NCBI GenBank assembly: GCA_049797655.1
Contig: JBARFX010000074.1
Location: 42,696 to 106,695, forward strand
Direction of reading: 5' to 3'
DNA from: Candidatus Acidiferrales bacterium
Lineage (GTDB): Bacteria; Acidobacteriota; Terriglobia; Acidiferrales; UBA7541
Length of the DNA stretch: 64,000 bases
A program made the position numbers and the translations under genes. The notes below the pieces were generated by a model that was not told the origin of the DNA, did no database searches, and saw nothing but the letters and a program-made list of their open reading frames with translations. Each line of letters starts with the position of its first letter. Within the stretch, counting starts at the first letter, position 1. Below, piece after piece: positions 61,453 through 64,000 of the stretch.

Positions 61453-62553
61453 TTATGGCCGGATCGCCACCTTGAGTACGCCATCCCGCCGCTCGCCAAA
61501 AACCTTGTACGCTTCCGTGATTCGGTCGAGTGAATAGGTGTGCGTGAGAAACGGCACAAGATCCAATTTGCCGTGCCGGACCAATTCCATCAGTCTCCTC
61601 ATCCTTTCTTTTCCGCCGGGGCAAAGCGTGGTGACGATCTTGTGATCGCCGAGCCCTGCAGCGAATGGCTCGAGGGGTACGGAGAGCTTGCCGGAGTACA
61701 CCCCCAGGCTCGAGAGAGTTCCGCCCGCTCGCAGCACTCGGAGCGCGGATTCGAACGTCGCCTGCGTGCCCAGCGCTTCGATCGCCACGTCGACGCCCTT
61801 GCCCCCCGTGAGCCTTTTGATCTCCGCCACAGCATCCTGTTCGAGATGGTTCACCACAATATCCGCCCCCATTTTCTTTGCCATCTTTGCGCGTATCGGA
61901 TCGGATTCGACGGCGATGATTAGGCTTGCCCCTTTCAGCTTGGCGCCTGCTGTGGCGCACAGCCCGATTGGTCCTTGCGCAAACACCGCCACCGTGTCCC
62001 CGATTTGCAGGTCGGCGCTCTCGGCCGCGGATATTCCCGTAGATGCGATGTCTGACAACAGGACAACCTGCTCGTCTTTCAAATCGTCTGGGATCTTCGC
62101 CAGGTTAGCCTGCGCGAACGGGACTAACACGTATTCAGCCTGCGCGCCGTTGATCGTGTTTCCGAATCGCCAACCGCCGATAGGCCCGCCGCATTGGGAA
62201 AGGTTGCCGCGAAGGCAATCGTTGCATTGACCGCATGGCGTGATAGCGCCGACCAGCACTCGGTCGCCAACCTCATAACCGGTCACACCTACGCCGAGTT
62301 CGTGGATCACTCCCACTGGCTCGTGCCCGATCACGAGCCCCGGCTTCACCGGATACTCGCCCTTCAGGATGTGAAGATCGGTGCCGCAAATCGTGGTAAG
62401 CGTCACACGTATTACGGCTTCGCCCGGCCCAGGCTTTGGAACCGGAACCTGCTCGAGCACGACCTGATTAGGCCCGCGAAATACGAGCGCTTTCATCAAC
62501 CCCGCAGGAGTTGTACCGACGGTATTCTTCACGTCGTGCAAAGCGGTTGCCAT
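61453..62553 (-). CDS. Zn-dependent NAD(P)-alcohol dehydrogenase (secondary-ADH / TbADH-like)
   Basis: AAGGAGGA RBS before ATG 62553. ICGTDLH, GHEPVG, FAQGPIGL Rossmann motif, and LCPGGKERM. Appears alignable by eye with Thermoanaerobacter/Clostridium secondary ADHs as I recall them. Confidence 0.9.
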   Translation of the reverse strand: MATALHDVKNTVGTTPAGLMKALVFRGPNQVVLEQVPVPKPGPGEAVIRVTLTTICGTDLHILKGEYPVKPGLVIGHEPVGVIHELGVGVTGYEVGDRVLVGAITPCGQCNDCLRGNLSQCGGPIGGWRFGNTINGAQAEYVLVPFAQANLAKIPDDLKDEQVVLLSDIASTGISAAESADLQIGDTVAVFAQGPIGLCATAGAKLKGASLIIAVESDPIRAKMAKKMGADIVVNHLEQDAVAEIKRLTGGKGVDVAIEALGTQATFESALRVLRAGGTLSSLGVYSGKLSVPLEPFAAGLGDHKIVTTLCPGGKERMRRLMELVRHGKLDLVPFLTHTYSLDRITEAYKVFGERRDGVLKVAIRP

Positions 62554-62665
62554 TGAATCCTCCTTCTTTGTTCTTGTCATCTGACTCTAGGCCCCTGCTG
62601 ACGGCAGTCGCGTGACACCAATCACTTCTCGTTGTGACGGAGGTCACCACGGACGGGGAGGCGAA

Positions 62666-64000
62666 CTACACGTTCAGGACTGCCACAACCACAGTGGGAT
62701 CGGCACTTTCACGAATGCTGAACTGGAAGTGTTTGGCGAGCGCCATCATTCCGTAATTCTCGGGCAGGATAACCGCAACGATACGCTCTAATTTTTCATC
62801 GCGCGCCACTCGGATCAGACGCCCCACCAGCTCACTTCCCAACCCTTGTTTCTGCGCCTTGTCGCTCACAAGTACTGCCACTTCCGCCTCAGAAGAGCCG
62901 GGAGCCTTCGTCAGCCGGCCTACGGCGAGAATTTCGTGCTCGCCTGTCTGCGGATCCTGCCGGTCGGCGACGAGCGCCATCTCGCGGTCATAGTCGATGA
63001 AGCATTTCTGAAGCAAGCGGTCGTGCGCCACTCTTGAGTCTAGCTTTTCCATGTGGAAATACCGCAGATACACAGACTGCTCTGAAAGCGTCCCGTGGAA
63101 TTTCACCATCAGCGGCTCGTCTTCCGGCCGAATGGGACGAATCATCACCGGGGTTCCGTCTCTCGTTGTCCATCGCCCGATGTACTGCGTCGGATAGGGC
63201 CGAATCGCTGGCCTGGGGAGCATCGCCTCAGCGGTATCGCCCGGGTAAGTAACAATTCTGGCGTCGAGCGCGATAATCATCTCTGGGGCCGCGAGCAGAG
63301 GGTTGATATCGATCTCCTTGATCCACGGCTGCTCGACAAGCAGTTGGCTGAAGCGCACTAAAATTTTCTGCAAGGCTTCTACGTCAACCGATGCGCGGCC
63401 CCGCACGCCCTTAAGACCCGTGAAGATGCGCGTTTGCTCCATCAGTCGCTCGGCAAGCGTGGCGTTAAGCGGCGGTAAAGCCAGCGCCCGATCCCTGTAG
63501 ACCTCCACTAGCTGCCCGCCCGACCCGAACAGGATGACCGGCCCAAATTGCGGGTCCACGCTGCTGCCAAGAATGAGCTCATAGCCCTGAAGGGTCACCA
63601 TCGACTGAACCGTCACACCTTGAAATAGCCCGGTTCCCGCCTTCTTGGCCACCGACGCTTCGATCTTTCGATATGCCCGTTTCACCGTCTCTTCGTCGGC
63701 CAGGTTCAACAGCACTCCCCCGACGTCGGTCTTATGCGTAATCGATTCGCTGTAAACCTTTAGTACTACCGGGAAGCCAATTTCGCGAGCCAGCGATGCT
63801 GCTTCCTCGTCCGTCCGGGCCACGCGCGTATCGACGACGGATATTCCATAGTCTGCAAGAATTTGTTTCGATTCCACTTCGTTCAAAATCGTGCGCCCGC
63901 TTCGGCGCGCGTTCGCCAAAATCGCTTCCACTTTCGCGCGCGAACTGTTTCCTTCTTCCACCTCCAACGCTAAGCTCGGCGTTTCATAAAGCCCGCGCAG
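62666..64000 (-). CDS. Pat-like protein: ADP-forming acyl-CoA synthetase ATP-grasp part plus C-terminal GNAT acetyltransferase (5' end lies outside the window)
   Basis: The reading frame stays open through 64000. ATP-grasp_5-like LNEVESKQILADYGISVV...GFPVVLKV. GNAT motif ...VLVSDKAQKQGLGSELVGRLI.... Confidence 0.75.
   Translation of the reverse strand: MRGLYETPSLALEVEEGNSSRAKVEAILANARRSGRTILNEVESKQILADYGISVVDTRVARTDEEAASLAREIGFPVVLKVYSESITHKTDVGGVLLNLADEETVKRAYRKIEASVAKKAGTGLFQGVTVQSMVTLQGYELILGSSVDPQFGPVILFGSGGQLVEVYRDRALALPPLNATLAERLMEQTRIFTGLKGVRGRASVDVEALQKILVRFSQLLVEQPWIKEIDINPLLAAPEMIIALDARIVTYPGDTAEAMLPRPAIRPYPTQYIGRWTTRDGTPVMIRPIRPEDEPLMVKFHGTLSEQSVYLRYFHMEKLDSRVAHDRLLQKCFIDYDREMALVADRQDPQTGEHEILAVGRLTKAPGSSEAEVAVLVSDKAQKQGLGSELVGRLIRVARDEKLERIVAVILPENYGMMALAKHFQFSIRESADPTVVVAVLNV

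Noticed and set aside
1-64000. Scan for tRNA, rRNA, CRISPR arrays, IS elements, transposases, integrases and prophage genes
   Set aside because: None was recognised by eye. No intergenic region shows cloverleaf-like tRNA features or regularly spaced repeats. A computational scan (tRNAscan-SE, Infernal, CRISPR finders) is still needed to be certain.

Overview
GC-rich bacterial chromosomal segment. The gene content suggests Acidobacteriota: a CarboxypepD_reg-type TonB receptor, a giant sedolisin with Ig-like repeats, and many ECF/TPR proteins. This taxonomic call is inference only. About 49 protein-coding genes are tightly packed on both strands, and many show start/stop overlaps such as ATGA and TAATG. 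I found no rRNA, tRNA, CRISPR array, transposase or integrase, so the window looks like core or accessory metabolism rather than a mobile island.

Layout, left to right:
(1) IclR and HxlR regulators, then a catabolic block: saccharopine-dehydrogenase-like reductase, acyl-CoA synthetase, SCPx-type thiolase, PQQ dehydrogenase, a stand-alone lipoyl-domain protein, and TPP-dependent E1 alpha and beta.
(2) A methyl-group block: MidA/NDUFAF7-like methyltransferase, short core MetE, and an MTHFR fused to the MTHFR_C zinc-ribbon domain.
(3) A TonB-dependent receptor.
(4) A long same-strand cluster: esterase, RutB-like amidohydrolase, an acetophenone/acetone-carboxylase-like set (HyuA-like, gamma, HyuA-like, HyuB-like), URO-D-like protein, Tat-motif amidohydrolase, feruloyl-CoA-synthase-like ligase, and thiolase.
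(5) A minus-strand operon: ECF sigma, zf-HC2 anti-sigma, unknown protein, TPR-CHAT protease.
(6) LigD split into three ORFs (PE, ligase, polymerase) with no Ku gene nearby.
(7) Housekeeping genes: APC permease, DedA, glk, zwf, YggX-like, acnA.
(8) A B12-binding radical SAM gene followed by an ATP-grasp gene.
(9) A 1428-aa S53 (sedolisin) protein with Ig-like repeats and an odd C-terminus.
(10) REC-HDOD regulator, DUF4126, AsmA, cold-shock protein, Crp/Fnr, Zn-ADH, and a Pat-like acetyltransferase that is truncated at the window end.

Most interesting observations:
- The radical SAM ORF stops in the supplied track at a UGA. That UGA completes the peptide ...PWYC-U-AEP... and is followed 2 nt later by a 9-bp hairpin, so it is probably a selenocysteine codon with a SECIS element.
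- The ECF sigma / anti-sigma / unknown / TPR-CHAT operon.
- The four-subunit carboxylase-like cluster with unusual flanking enzymes.

All family calls come from motif and sequence recognition by eye. No searches were run.
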